64,000 nt of DNA, from positions 90 to 64,089 of the forward strand of contig CAJQTK010000011.1 in NCBI GenBank assembly GCA_905620495.1. The letters are read 5' to 3'. The notes under the pieces are model-generated. The model did not search any database, was not told where the DNA came from, and worked only from the letters and a program-made list of their open reading frames with translations. The first letter of the stretch is position 1, and every line of letters starts with the position of its first letter. The DNA comes from an uncultured Candidatus Pelagibacter sp. (lineage in GTDB: Bacteria > Pseudomonadota > Alphaproteobacteria > Pelagibacterales > Pelagibacteraceae). Below are positions 19,828 through 30,474 of the stretch, one piece after another. A program made the position numbers and the translations under genes.

Positions 19828-20322
19828 ATGAAAACAATTGAGGAAATAAATCAACATAACGTTAAAAAAATATTAGCTGAGAAGAAAATTCCAGATTTTT
19901 TCCCAGGAGATATAGTAAAAGTTGGCGTGAGAATTACCGAAGGTAAAAAAGACAGAATTCAATATTTTGAAGGTGTTTGTATTGCTAGAAAAAATAGAGA
20001 TTTAAATTCTTCATTTACAGTTAGAAAAATATCATTTGGTGAAGGTGTTGAGAGAACGTTTCCACTATATGGAACAGTAATTGATTCAATTACAGTTGTT
20101 AGACATGGAAAAGTTAGAAGAGCAAAATTATACTATCTAAGAGATAGAACTGGTAAATCAGCTAGAATTGCAGAAAGAATTAGAAAAAAAATTGGTATAG
20201 AGGTTGATGTTAAACCAGAAACAGTAACTGAAGAAACTTTAGCACCAGTTGCAGTAGAACCTGAAAAGCAACCCGAAACTCAAGCAGAACCAAAAATAGA
20301 AAGTTCTGAAAAAAAAAAATAG
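19828..20322 (+). CDS. rplS: 50S ribosomal protein L19 with acidic C-terminal tail
   Basis: [26 protein letters not shown]. Confidence 0.97.
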   Translation: MKTIEEINQHNVKKILAEKKIPDFFPGDIVKVGVRITEGKKDRIQYFEGVCIARKNRDLNSSFTVRKISFGEGVERTFPLYGTVIDSITVVRHGKVRRAKLYYLRDRTGKSARIAERIRKKIGIEVDVKPETVTEETLAPVAVEPEKQPETQAEPKIESSEKKK

Positions 20323-20333
20323 CTTTTTTTTCA

Positions 20334-21737
20334 ATGTCTTTAACTCTTTACGATAAAGTATGGAATGATCATTTAGTTGATCAGCAAGATGATGGTACAG
20401 CACTATTGTTTGTTGACAGACATTTAGTACATGAGGTGACAAGCCCACAAGCATTTGAAGGATTAAGAAATTCTAATAGGAAAGTTAGACAGCCTAGTTT
20501 AACATTAGCGGTTGCTGATCATAATGTTCCTACCACTGACAGATCTAAGGGAATAGCAGATGCAGAATCTAAAATTCAGGTAGATACCTTAGAAAATAAT
20601 TGTAAAGAATTTGGAGTTCAATACTTAGGAATGGATGACAAGAGACAAGGGATTGTTCATATAATTGGACCCGAACAAGGTTTCACTCAACCTGGAACAG
20701 TAATTGTTTGTGGAGACAGTCACACAGCAACGCATGGAGCATTCGGTGCCTTAGCATTTGGAATTGGCACTTCTGAAGTAGAGCATGTTTTAGCTACACA
20801 AACACTAGTTCAAAAAAAAGCAAAAAATTTCAGAATTAATGTTAATGGAAAGCTTCCTATTGGCGTTACATCTAAAGATGTAATTTTACAAATTATAGGA
20901 AATATTGGCACAGCAGGAGGAACAGGGTTTGTGATTGAGTACGCAGGAAGCTTAATATCATCTTTAAGCGTAGAGCAACGAATGACAATTTGTAATATGA
21001 CTATTGAAGGAGGAGCAAGAGCAGGATTAATCGCACCAGATGAAAAAATATTTGAATATTTAAAAGGTAAGCCAATGTCACCAAAAAATGAAAATTGGGA
21101 TAAGGCCATGAAATATTGGGAAAGTTTAAAAACTGATGATGGAGCTAAATTTGATAAAGAAATTAATTTAGAAGCAGAGGATATTTTACCAATGATTACC
21201 TGGGGAACTTCTCCACAAGATGTAATCACTATTGATGGCAAAGTACCAAATCCTGAAAATGAACAAGATGAAGATAAAAAGAACTCTATAATAAGATCTT
21301 TAAAATATATGGGTTTAAAAGCTGACACACTAGCCACAGACATTAAAATTGATACGGTTTTTATAGGAAGTTGTACCAACGGTAGAATTGAAGACTTAAG
21401 AGAAGCAGCAAAAATATTAAAAGATAAAAAGAAGGCATCACATGTTCATGCAATGGTTGTTCCAGGCTCAGGTTTAGTTAAAGAACAAGCAGAACAAGAA
21501 GGACTAGATAAAATATTTATAGAATCTGGTTTTGAATGGAGAGAGCCAGGTTGTTCAATGTGTCTTGCAATGAATGCGGATAAGTTAAAGCCAGAAGAAA
21601 GATGTGCCTCAACTTCAAACAGAAACTTTGAAGGAAGACAAGGTAGGGGTGGAAGAACACATTTAGTAAGCCCTGGAATGGCAGCGGCAGCAGCAATTTC
21701 TGGAAACTTGGATGATGTTAGAAAGTATCAAAATTAA
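20334..21737 (+). CDS. leuC: 3-isopropylmalate dehydratase large subunit
   Basis: [38 protein letters not shown]. Confidence 0.97.
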   Translation: MSLTLYDKVWNDHLVDQQDDGTALLFVDRHLVHEVTSPQAFEGLRNSNRKVRQPSLTLAVADHNVPTTDRSKGIADAESKIQVDTLENNCKEFGVQYLGMDDKRQGIVHIIGPEQGFTQPGTVIVCGDSHTATHGAFGALAFGIGTSEVEHVLATQTLVQKKAKNFRINVNGKLPIGVTSKDVILQIIGNIGTAGGTGFVIEYAGSLISSLSVEQRMTICNMTIEGGARAGLIAPDEKIFEYLKGKPMSPKNENWDKAMKYWESLKTDDGAKFDKEINLEAEDILPMITWGTSPQDVITIDGKVPNPENEQDEDKKNSIIRSLKYMGLKADTLATDIKIDTVFIGSCTNGRIEDLREAAKILKDKKKASHVHAMVVPGSGLVKEQAEQEGLDKIFIESGFEWREPGCSMCLAMNADKLKPEERCASTSNRNFEGRQGRGGRTHLVSPGMAAAAAISGNLDDVRKYQN

Positions 21738-21738
21738 A

Positions 21739-22344
21739 ATGCAAAAATTTAATTCAGTTAAAAGTATTCCAGCATATTTGCCAATTGTAAATGTTGATAC
21801 AGATATGATTATTCCAAAACAGTTTCTTAAAACAATTAAGAGAACAGGGTTAGGAAAAAACTTATTTTTTGAAATGAGATATGATGACAATGGAAATGAA
21901 ATTAAAGATTTTATTCTTAATCAGGAACCTCACAATCAATCAAAAATACTAATTACAGGAAAAAATTTTGGCTGTGGCTCTTCAAGAGAGCATGCTCCTT
22001 GGGCGCTATTAGATTTTGGAATTACATGTGTAATAAGCTCTAGTTATGCTGATATTTTTTATAGCAACTGTTTTAAAAATGGAATTTTACCAATTATTTT
22101 ACCAGAAGAAAAAATTAAAGAACTATCAGAATATTCAAAAAGAAAAGAAGAAATTTCAATAGATTTAAAGGAAGAAAAAATTATTTTTGGAAATAGCGAA
22201 ATAAAGTTTGCTGTTGACCCGTTTAAGAAAAAATGCTTATTAGAAGGTCTTGACGATATTGCACTTTCATTAGCAAAAAAAGAAAAAATTACCAACTTTG
22301 AAGAAAATTTAAAAAATAATAAACCATGGATATTTAATGATTAA
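21739..22344 (+). CDS. leuD: 3-isopropylmalate dehydratase small subunit
   Basis: [28 protein letters not shown]; ATG at 21739. Confidence 0.96.
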   Translation: MQKFNSVKSIPAYLPIVNVDTDMIIPKQFLKTIKRTGLGKNLFFEMRYDDNGNEIKDFILNQEPHNQSKILITGKNFGCGSSREHAPWALLDFGITCVISSSYADIFYSNCFKNGILPIILPEEKIKELSEYSKRKEEISIDLKEEKIIFGNSEIKFAVDPFKKKCLLEGLDDIALSLAKKEKITNFEENLKNNKPWIFND

Positions 22345-23443
22345 AATTAAAAAAAGAAAATTTTTACTTTTACCTGGTGATGGTATCGGACCTGAAGTTA
22401 TTCAGGAAGTTAAAAAAGTTATTCAATGGTTTAATTCAAATAAATCTTTAGATTTTGAAATTGATCAAGATTTAGCAGGTGGCTGTTCTTACGACAAGCA
22501 TGGTATACCAATCACAGACGAAGTTTTTTATAAAGCGCTAGAAAGTGAAGTTGTAATGTTAGGAGCTGTTGGTGGTCCTAAATGGGACAATTTAGATTTT
22601 TCAAAAAAACCTGAAAGAGCGCTATTAAAGTTAAGAAAAGAATTAAAATTATTTGCAAATCTAAGGCCTGCAATTTGTTTTGAACAATTAGTTGATGCAT
22701 CAACTCTAAAACCAGAAATTGTTTCTGGATTAGATATAATGATTGTTAGAGAGTTAACGGGTGGAATTTATTTTGGAGAACCAAGAGGAATCAAACCAAT
22801 AGAAAATGGTGAAAGAAAAGGCATTAATACCCACACCTATACGACTAGTGAGATAGTTAGGGTGGCTAAAGTAGCTTTTGATTTAGCCAAAAAAAGATCA
22901 AATAAAGTTACTTCTTGTGAAAAATCAAATGTAATGGAAGCAGGACAACTTTGGAGAGAGGAAGTTCAAGAACTTCACGATAAAGAATATAAAGATGTTG
23001 AGTTAAGTCATATGCTTGCCGATAATTGTGCAATGCAATTATTAAAAAATCCAAAGCAGTTTGATGTAATTGTTACCGACAACTTGTTTGGAGATATGCT
23101 TTCTGATCAAGCCTCAATGTTAACTGGATCTTTAGGTTTATTGCCTTCTGCTTCCCTTGGAGCAAAAAATAAAGATGGAGAAATGAGAGCAATGTATGAA
23201 CCTATTCATGGATCAGCACCAGATATAGCTGGTAAAGGAATTGCAAACCCAATTGCATCAATTTTAAGTTTCGCAATGGCATTAAGATATTCATTAGACT
23301 TAGATAATCAGGCAGATGCTTTAGAAAAAGCAGTTCAAGACGTGTTAAATGACGGTCTTAGGACTAAAGATATACTTTCAAAAGGGATGAAAAAAGTATC
23401 AACATCAGCAATGGGTGATGCAATAATTTCAAAATTGCAATAA
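22337..23443 (+). CDS. leuB: 3-isopropylmalate dehydrogenase
   Basis: [29 protein letters not shown]. Confidence 0.97.
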   Translation: MIKIKKRKFLLLPGDGIGPEVIQEVKKVIQWFNSNKSLDFEIDQDLAGGCSYDKHGIPITDEVFYKALESEVVMLGAVGGPKWDNLDFSKKPERALLKLRKELKLFANLRPAICFEQLVDASTLKPEIVSGLDIMIVRELTGGIYFGEPRGIKPIENGERKGINTHTYTTSEIVRVAKVAFDLAKKRSNKVTSCEKSNVMEAGQLWREEVQELHDKEYKDVELSHMLADNCAMQLLKNPKQFDVIVTDNLFGDMLSDQASMLTGSLGLLPSASLGAKNKDGEMRAMYEPIHGSAPDIAGKGIANPIASILSFAMALRYSLDLDNQADALEKAVQDVLNDGLRTKDILSKGMKKVSTSAMGDAIISKLQ

Positions 23444-23469
23444 TTAAAAATTTATTCTAGAGTTCCGGA

Positions 23470-25233
23470 ATGCCAAGTTACATAGCACCCGTGGAAGATA
23501 TGATGTTTCTTTTTGACAAACTAAGAAACAATAAAAATTATAATGAAATTGAAAAATATAAAGAAGTTAACTCAGAATTAGTAAAAGATATTTTAGTTGA
23601 GGCAGCTAAAATTAATGAAAATTTAATTTTACCATTAGCAAAATCAGGGGATGAAAACCCAACAGTTCTAGAGAATGGAGTGGTTAGAACACCGCCAGGC
23701 TATAAAGAAGCTTATATAAAATATATTGAGGATGGATGGACTTCACTTTCTTGTGATCCTAAATATGGCGGACAAGGAATGCCTAAAACTATAAGTGCCT
23801 TTTTTGATGAAATGCTATCTTCAGCAAGTCTATCATTTAAACTTTATAGCGAGCTAAGTATAGGTGCATACAATTGTATCTCTCATCATGCTAAGGATGA
23901 AATAAAAGAAAAGTATCTTCCAAAAATGGTTGAGGGGAAATGGAGTGGTACTATGTGCCTTACAGAGCCTGTTTGCGGAACTGATTTAGGTCTTTTAAAA
24001 ACAAAAGCTGTAGAACAGTCAGATGGAACCTTTAAGATAACAGGACAAAAAATTTTTATTACTTCTGGTGATCACGATCTAACAGAAAATATTATTCACT
24101 TGGTGATAGCAAGAGCAGCAGACTCTCCAGAGGGAACGAAAGGTATAAGTTTATTTTTAGTTCCTAAATTTGTAGTTAATGAAGATAGCTCTATAGGTCC
24201 AAGAAATGGAGTTTCTACAGGTTCAATTGAAAGTAAAATGGGGATTAAAGGGTCAGCAACTTGCGTCTTAAATTTTGATGATGCAGTTGGTTATATGATT
24301 GGCTCTAAGAACAAAGGGTTAAATGCCATGTTTACAATGATGAATTTAGAGAGAATTGTTGTTGGAATTCAAGGATTAGGTATTTCAGAAATTGCTTATC
24401 AAAACTCATTAAGTTACGCAAAAGAAAGAAAACAAGGAAAAACAAATAATACCAAGTCAACCAATGGTGCAGATTTTATAATTGAACATGCTGATATAAG
24501 AAAATCCCTGCTTAATATGAAATCTATTATTGAAGGAGAGAGAGCACTGTGTTTTTGGTTATCACAACAAACAGAAGTTAGTCTTTATCACCCAGATGAA
24601 AAAATAAAACAAGAAGCGTCAGATCTTGTTTCTTTGATGACGCCAGTAGTTAAAACAATGTTTACGGACATGGGAATGGAAATAACGAGTGATGCAATGC
24701 AAATCCATGGTGGTTATGGATACACAAAAGACCAAGGAATAGAACAGTTATACAGAGATAATAGAATTACGCCAATATATGAAGGAACAAATTCTGTTCA
24801 AGCAGCAGATTTGGTTTTTAGAAAATTAATAAATAAAAATGGTGACATAATTAATAAGTACTTAGAATTGATTAAGAATGATTGCAATACTGGAAATGAA
24901 AAATTAAAACCTTTCATAAAAGAATTAAAAACACACCTAGAAATTTTATTTAGCTTTACGACTTGGATTAAGGAAAAAATACAAAACTCAAAAGATGATG
25001 CTAGTGCAGCATGTAACGACTATTTAAAAGCATTGGGTTTTGTAGCGATAGCCCATGCATGGATAAAAGTTTTAGAAGTTAGTTTTAAAGATTATGAAAA
25101 TAATAAGATTTTTTATGAAGACAAAATACAAACTGCAAATTTTTATTTTAAAAGAGTCTTACCAAGAGCCGAAAGTCATTTTAAGACAGCTACAACTGGT
25201 AGTGATTATATAATGAATTTTAAATTTAATTAA
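23470..25233 (+). CDS. dmdC: Acyl-CoA dehydrogenase, probable methylmercaptopropionyl-CoA dehydrogenase DmdC
   Basis: GTMCLTEP, KMGIKGSAT, IYEGTNSVQA; clustered with dmdB-like and dmdA. Confidence 0.8.
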   Translation: MPSYIAPVEDMMFLFDKLRNNKNYNEIEKYKEVNSELVKDILVEAAKINENLILPLAKSGDENPTVLENGVVRTPPGYKEAYIKYIEDGWTSLSCDPKYGGQGMPKTISAFFDEMLSSASLSFKLYSELSIGAYNCISHHAKDEIKEKYLPKMVEGKWSGTMCLTEPVCGTDLGLLKTKAVEQSDGTFKITGQKIFITSGDHDLTENIIHLVIARAADSPEGTKGISLFLVPKFVVNEDSSIGPRNGVSTGSIESKMGIKGSATCVLNFDDAVGYMIGSKNKGLNAMFTMMNLERIVVGIQGLGISEIAYQNSLSYAKERKQGKTNNTKSTNGADFIIEHADIRKSLLNMKSIIEGERALCFWLSQQTEVSLYHPDEKIKQEASDLVSLMTPVVKTMFTDMGMEITSDAMQIHGGYGYTKDQGIEQLYRDNRITPIYEGTNSVQAADLVFRKLINKNGDIINKYLELIKNDCNTGNEKLKPFIKELKTHLEILFSFTTWIKEKIQNSKDDASAACNDYLKALGFVAIAHAWIKVLEVSFKDYENNKIFYEDKIQTANFYFKRVLPRAESHFKTATTGSDYIMNFKFN

Positions 25234-25234
25234 T

Positions 25235-26863
25235 ATGAGTCATTACGATACAAATTTAGATAAAAATGAGGCTAATTATGTTCCTCTTTCTCCTGTAACA
25301 TTTTTAGAAAGAACCAAAGATATATATCCAAACTATGAAGCTTTAGTTTATGAAAGTAGAACTTATACTTGGAAAGAGATTTATAAAAGATGTGTTAAGT
25401 TTGCTAGTGCACTAGATAAATTAGGTGTGAAAACTGGAGATACAATTTCCATAATGGCTTTTAATACACCGGAAATTTTTGAAGCTCATTACTCAATACC
25501 AATGGTGGGAGCAGTAATTAACGCAATCAATACAAGACTAGACCCCAATACAGTAAGTTATATTTTACAACATAGTGATGCAAAAGTTTTAATCGTAGAT
25601 AGACAATTTCATGATGTAATTGAGAAGGCTTTAAAGAATGTTAAAAATAAAATTACAATTATTGATATTGATGACCAAGACATAGATACAAGTTCTTTCA
25701 AAAAAATAGGAGAACTTGAATATGAAAGTTTCTTAAATACAGGTGATGAAAATTATGAGTGGAAAAAGCCTAGAGACGAATGGGAAGCAATCTCATTAGG
25801 GTATACATCTGGAACTACCGGAAAACCAAAAGGAGTAGTTTATCATCACAGAGGCTCTTATTTGATGGCAACAGGTAGTGCAACAGCTTGGAATATGCCC
25901 AACAAACTAAATTTTTTATGCGTTGTGCCAATGTTTCATTGTAACGGCTGGTGTTATCCTTGGACACTGGCAATGTTACATGCAAGGGTAATTTGTTTAA
26001 GAAACATTGATGTAAAAAAGATATTTGAATTAATTGATAAATATGAAGTAACTCATTTCGGCGGAGCCCCAATAGTATTAAATATGATTGTAAACGCTGC
26101 AAAAGAGGATCAAAAAGCTTTAAAAAGAAAAGTAAATGTTTTAACCGCAGGCGCACCGCCACCAAGTATCATCTTTGAAAAAATGGAAAACCTTGGCTTT
26201 GAAGTGATGCATGTTTATGGATTAACAGAGACTTATGGTCATATGTTGCAGTGTGCATGGAATGAAGATTGGAATACTTTAGAAAAAGATAAAAAAAATG
26301 AAATTAAAGCAAGACAAGGTGTTAGATATCCTAATACCGAAGGTGCAGTTGTTATGGATCCTGAAACAATGAAGCAAGTCCCTAAAGATGGAAAAACTAT
26401 GGGTGAAATCATGATTAGGGGAAATATTGTAATGAAGGGTTATTACAAAGATAAAGAAGCAACAGAGAAGTCAATGGCAGGTGGATGGTTTCACTCAGGA
26501 GATCTAGCGGTTACCCACCCAGATGGATATATTAAAATTCAAGATAGATCTAAGGATATTATAATTTCAGGTGGTGAAAATATTTCTTCAATTGAAATAG
26601 AAAATGCAATAGCAAAACATCCATCTGTATCACTAGCTGCGGTTGTTGCTAAACCAGATGAAAAATGGGGAGAAACACCCTGTGCTTTTGTTGAATTAAT
26701 TAAAGATAAACCAGCAACAGAAAAAAACATTATAGATTTTTGCAGAGAAACTCTGGCAGGATTTAAACTTCCTAAAAGTGTTATTTTTTGTGATTTACCA
26801 AAAACTTCAACAGGAAAAATTCAAAAATTTGAACTTAGAAAAAAAGTCAAGGATCAAAGTTGA
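25235..26863 (+). CDS. dmdB: AMP-binding acyl-CoA ligase, probable MMPA-CoA ligase DmdB
   Basis: YTSGTTGKPKG, PMFHCNGW, YGLTE, PKTSTGKIQK; dmd context. Confidence 0.8.
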   Translation: MSHYDTNLDKNEANYVPLSPVTFLERTKDIYPNYEALVYESRTYTWKEIYKRCVKFASALDKLGVKTGDTISIMAFNTPEIFEAHYSIPMVGAVINAINTRLDPNTVSYILQHSDAKVLIVDRQFHDVIEKALKNVKNKITIIDIDDQDIDTSSFKKIGELEYESFLNTGDENYEWKKPRDEWEAISLGYTSGTTGKPKGVVYHHRGSYLMATGSATAWNMPNKLNFLCVVPMFHCNGWCYPWTLAMLHARVICLRNIDVKKIFELIDKYEVTHFGGAPIVLNMIVNAAKEDQKALKRKVNVLTAGAPPPSIIFEKMENLGFEVMHVYGLTETYGHMLQCAWNEDWNTLEKDKKNEIKARQGVRYPNTEGAVVMDPETMKQVPKDGKTMGEIMIRGNIVMKGYYKDKEATEKSMAGGWFHSGDLAVTHPDGYIKIQDRSKDIIISGGENISSIEIENAIAKHPSVSLAAVVAKPDEKWGETPCAFVELIKDKPATEKNIIDFCRETLAGFKLPKSVIFCDLPKTSTGKIQKFELRKKVKDQS

Positions 26864-27636
26864 TCTTTCAAGTGGACAGTAAGAATGTCTTTGCATCAAA
26901 TGGAGGTCAAGGTATTAATAAAAAAAAAGCCACAATAGTTTTACTTCACGGAAGCGGTCTCTCACATATTGTTTGGTCCTTAACAGAGCAGTATTTATCA
27001 AATCAAAATTATAATGTTTTAGCAATTGATTTACCTGGTCATGGAAATTCTGAGGGTGATTGTTTAAAATCAATTGAAGAAATTTCAGATTGGCTAGAAA
27101 AAGTTTTTAAAGAACTTAATGTTTTTGAATTAACAATAATAGGTCATTCCCAAGGGTGTTTGGAAGCATTGGAATATTCATCAAGGTATTCAAAAAGAGT
27201 TAAAAATTTAATATTTGTTGCTGGCTCTTATAGAATGCCCGTTAATCAAGATTTAATAGATCTTGCAAGTTCAGGAAACAAAGATGCTGTTAAATTAATG
27301 ACAAAGTGGGGGTATGTAAATTCAAAAAAATTTATTGGAGGTGACCCAGTTGAAAAAATTATTAATTCTCCAAGAGATATCAGGGAAATACTAGCAATAG
27401 ATTTTGTTGCTTGTAATAATTATAAAAATGGATTGGAGGCTCTTAAAAAGATTAATTGTCCTACATTATTTATTTTTGGTGAATTGGATAAAATGGTGAA
27501 CCTAGAAAAAGGTCAAAAATTCGCAGATTCTGTTGTTAATTCTAAGACACATGTAATAAAAAATTGTGGGCATATGATTATGTTTGAAAATGCTTTCGAA
27601 ATGAGAGAAAAGATCTCAGAATTTTTAAAAAAATGA
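26860..27636 (+). CDS. Alpha/beta-fold hydrolase of unknown substrate
   Basis: HGSG, DLPGHG, GHSQG nucleophile elbow, GELD, CGH; TTG start overlapping the dmdB stop. Confidence 0.85.
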   Translation: MIFQVDSKNVFASNGGQGINKKKATIVLLHGSGLSHIVWSLTEQYLSNQNYNVLAIDLPGHGNSEGDCLKSIEEISDWLEKVFKELNVFELTIIGHSQGCLEALEYSSRYSKRVKNLIFVAGSYRMPVNQDLIDLASSGNKDAVKLMTKWGYVNSKKFIGGDPVEKIINSPRDIREILAIDFVACNNYKNGLEALKKINCPTLFIFGELDKMVNLEKGQKFADSVVNSKTHVIKNCGHMIMFENAFEMREKISEFLKK

Positions 27637-28742
27637 AAAATTTTCCAATTGCAAAATCTAGAAGATTAAGAAGTACACCCTATACTGATAGGTTGGAAAA
27701 ACAGGGAGTTAGTGCATATACAGTATATAATCATATGCTATTGCCCGTATCATTTGTTTCCGCAGAAGCTGACTATCATCATTTAAAAGAATTTGTTCAA
27801 GTTTGGGATGTTGCAGCTGAAAGACAAGTTGAGATTTCAGGCAAAGATTCTGCTGAATTAGTTCAATTAATGACTTGTAGAGATCTATCAAATTCTAAAA
27901 TTGGAAAGTGTTATTATGCACCATTGATAGATGATCATGCAAATATAGTTAATGATCCAGTGATTAATAAATTAGCCGAAGATAGGTGGTGGCTTTCAAT
28001 TGCAGACTCTGACGTAATTTTTTTTGCAAAAGGTCTTGCCTCAGGAAATAAATTTGAAGTTAAAATCAAAGAACCAAATGTAAATATATTAGCTATTCAA
28101 GGACCTCTTTCAAATGAACTGATGGCAAAAGTGTTTGGTGAAAAAATTACTAAACTTAAATTTTTTAATTTTGACTATTTTGAATTTAGAGGTGTTAAAC
28201 ATTTTATTTCTAGATCGGGCTGGTCCAAACAAGGTGGTTTTGAAGTTTATGTTGAAAATGATAAGTCAGGTCAGGAGCTGTATGACTATTTATTTGAAGT
28301 AGGAAAAGAATTTAATGTTAAACCTGGATGTCCAAATATTATTGAAAGAATTGAAAGTGCATTACTTTCCTACGGAAACGATTTTGATAATAGAGACAAT
28401 CCCTTTGAAGCAAATTTTGATAAGTATATAAATTTAGAAAGTGATGTAAAATTTTTAGGAAAAGATAGATTAAAAAAAATTAAAGAAGAAGGTGTTACAA
28501 GAAAATTAATGGGCGTTCAAATTGAACATGATAGTATTGATATGTATTGTGAAAAAACTTTATTTGATGCTGATAACAATATTATTGGATATGTAAGATC
28601 AGCAACATATTCTCCGACTTTCAAGAAGGTTATTGGAATAGCCATGATTAATAAGCCTTATTTTAATACCTCTCAGTTGTTTAAAATAGAAATTAACGAG
28701 AAGTTATACGAGGGAAAAGTTTGCGATTTACCCTTCATCTAG
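27633..28742 (+). CDS. dmdA: Dimethylsulfoniopropionate demethylase (GcvT family)
   Basis: N-terminus [51 protein letters not shown], matching SAR11 DmdA as I recall it. Confidence 0.92.
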   Translation: MKNFPIAKSRRLRSTPYTDRLEKQGVSAYTVYNHMLLPVSFVSAEADYHHLKEFVQVWDVAAERQVEISGKDSAELVQLMTCRDLSNSKIGKCYYAPLIDDHANIVNDPVINKLAEDRWWLSIADSDVIFFAKGLASGNKFEVKIKEPNVNILAIQGPLSNELMAKVFGEKITKLKFFNFDYFEFRGVKHFISRSGWSKQGGFEVYVENDKSGQELYDYLFEVGKEFNVKPGCPNIIERIESALLSYGNDFDNRDNPFEANFDKYINLESDVKFLGKDRLKKIKEEGVTRKLMGVQIEHDSIDMYCEKTLFDADNNIIGYVRSATYSPTFKKVIGIAMINKPYFNTSQLFKIEINEKLYEGKVCDLPFI

Positions 28743-28762
28743 TATAAAAGTTAAAGAACATC

Positions 28763-29770
28763 ATGAATATAGCAATTGTAGGAGCCACTGGTAACGTCGG
28801 TAGAAAAATTCTCGAGGTATTAGAGAAAAAAAAGCTATCTATTGAGGAACTATTTCTTGTTGCCTCATCAAGAAGTACTGGTCAAAAAGTAAACTTTAAT
28901 GGTAAAGAGCATGAGGTTTTTAATCTTGAAACTTTTGATTTTTCAAAAACTCAAATTACTTTTTTTGCAGCTGGTGGAAAAATTTCAGAACAATATGCAG
29001 CAAATGCTGCAAAACACTCAATAGTTATAGACAGTTCTAGCTTTTATAGAATGGATCCGGATGTGCCATTAATTGTTCCACAGGTTAATCCAGAGGCTAT
29101 TAAGAATATGAAAAAGAATATAATTGCAAATCCTAATTGCTCAACAGCTCAATTAGTAATAGCTCTTAAACCATTACACGATTTATTTAATATTGAGAGG
29201 ATAGTTGTTTCTACATATCAGTCAGTTTCAGGGGGTGGAAAAGACCTTATGGATGAACTAATAGAACAAACAAAACTTTCTTTAGAAAGTAAAGAAATTA
29301 AATCAAGGAATTTTACTAAACAAATAGCTTTTAATGCGATCCCTCACATCGATGTTTTTTCTGATGACGGATACACAAAAGAAGAATTAAAAATGACTAA
29401 TGAAATCAAAAAAATTCTTGATGAAAAAATTGAATTAACAGCAACATGTGTAAGAATTCCAGTTATGGTTTCTCATGCAGAGTCAGTAAATATTCAATTT
29501 GAAAAACCATTTTCTTTAGAAAAAGTTAGAGACGCTCTTAGTAAAGCCAAAGGTTGTGAGATGTATGATTCAAGAGAAGATGGAGGATACAGCACTCCAA
29601 TCGAAGCAGAAGGTAGAGACGAAACTTATATTTCAAGAATAAGAGAAGATAAAACTAACAAAAATTCGTTAAACCTATGGATTGTTTCTGATAATTTACT
29701 TAGAGGTGCGGCCTTGAATGCTGTAGAAATCGCCGAAACTTTAATTAAAACTAATTTTAATGGAAAATAA
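28763..29770 (+). CDS. asd: Aspartate-semialdehyde dehydrogenase
   Basis: GATGNVG, NPNCST, TYQSVSG, SDNLLRGAALNAV. Confidence 0.96.
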   Translation: MNIAIVGATGNVGRKILEVLEKKKLSIEELFLVASSRSTGQKVNFNGKEHEVFNLETFDFSKTQITFFAAGGKISEQYAANAAKHSIVIDSSSFYRMDPDVPLIVPQVNPEAIKNMKKNIIANPNCSTAQLVIALKPLHDLFNIERIVVSTYQSVSGGGKDLMDELIEQTKLSLESKEIKSRNFTKQIAFNAIPHIDVFSDDGYTKEELKMTNEIKKILDEKIELTATCVRIPVMVSHAESVNIQFEKPFSLEKVRDALSKAKGCEMYDSREDGGYSTPIEAEGRDETYISRIREDKTNKNSLNLWIVSDNLLRGAALNAVEIAETLIKTNFNGK

Positions 29771-30143
29771 TAATCCGCTATCACCACATATTCAAATTTA
29801 TAGATGGCACATATCTTCTTTAGTATCTATTTCACATAGAATTACAGGAGTATTAAATATAGTTGCCTTAACAATAATTTGTTTTTGGATTGCATCTTTA
29901 TTATTAGGTGAAAATAGCTACGAACTTACTAAAATATTTTTAAATTCTATTTTTGGAAAATTTATAATTTTAAGTTTAACGTGGTCATTTAGTTTTCAAA
30001 TGTTAAGTGAAGTTAGACACTTAATTATGGATCTAGGATATGGTTTTGAATTAAAAACAACAAAGATAACGGGACTGATTGTAATCATTGGCTCATTTAT
30101 TTTAACAATTTTAATTTACTTGATTGGGAAGCAATTTATTTAA
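29760..30143 (+). CDS. sdhC: Succinate dehydrogenase membrane anchor SdhC (cytochrome b556 subunit family)
   Basis: PLSPHIQIY, SISHRITG, RHLIMDLG; heme-ligand His position reads Gln. Confidence 0.92.
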   Translation: MENNNPLSPHIQIYRWHISSLVSISHRITGVLNIVALTIICFWIASLLLGENSYELTKIFLNSIFGKFIILSLTWSFSFQMLSEVRHLIMDLGYGFELKTTKITGLIVIIGSFILTILIYLIGKQFI

Positions 30144-30144
30144 T

Positions 30145-30474
30145 ATGAACAGTGCAACTAAAAAATGGTTATTTTTAAAGATAAGCTCAGTAGCACTGAT
30201 ACCTTTAATGGCCTGGTTTATTGTAAATTTAGTTTCAGTTTTTGATAAAGATTACATTGATGTTGTTGCCTTTTTTTCAAATCAACCATCTAAAATTTTA
30301 GTTTCTTTATTAATGGGTTTTGCTTACTTTTTCTCAGCTTTAAGCATTAGTGAGATATTTGAGGATTATATTCAGGATGAAAAAATCAAAAATGCCGCAA
30401 ACAAAGCTGTAAATATATTTGCTATAATAATGCCCTTAATTACAATTATAATTATATTTAATTTAAATACATGA
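30145..30474 (+). CDS. sdhD: Succinate dehydrogenase hydrophobic anchor SdhD
   Basis: 3 TM segments, SVALIPL, EDYI; lies between sdhC and sdhA; ATG at 30145. Confidence 0.88.
   Translation: MNSATKKWLFLKISSVALIPLMAWFIVNLVSVFDKDYIDVVAFFSNQPSKILVSLLMGFAYFFSALSISEIFEDYIQDEKIKNAANKAVNIFAIIMPLITIIIIFNLNT

Noticed and set aside
20308-20331. A-run/TAGC/T-run at the rplS-leuC junction as a terminator
   Set aside because: Stem is A-T only and the A-run encodes EKKK; too weak to call
20810-21379. 189-aa antisense ORF within leuC
   Set aside because: Codon-aligned shadow of a conserved gene with Ser/Phe/Ile-rich antisense composition and no motifs
27633-28742. Calling this gene gcvT
   Set aside because: DmdA-type N-terminus and motifs, dmdB/dmdC neighbours, and no gcvH/gcvP
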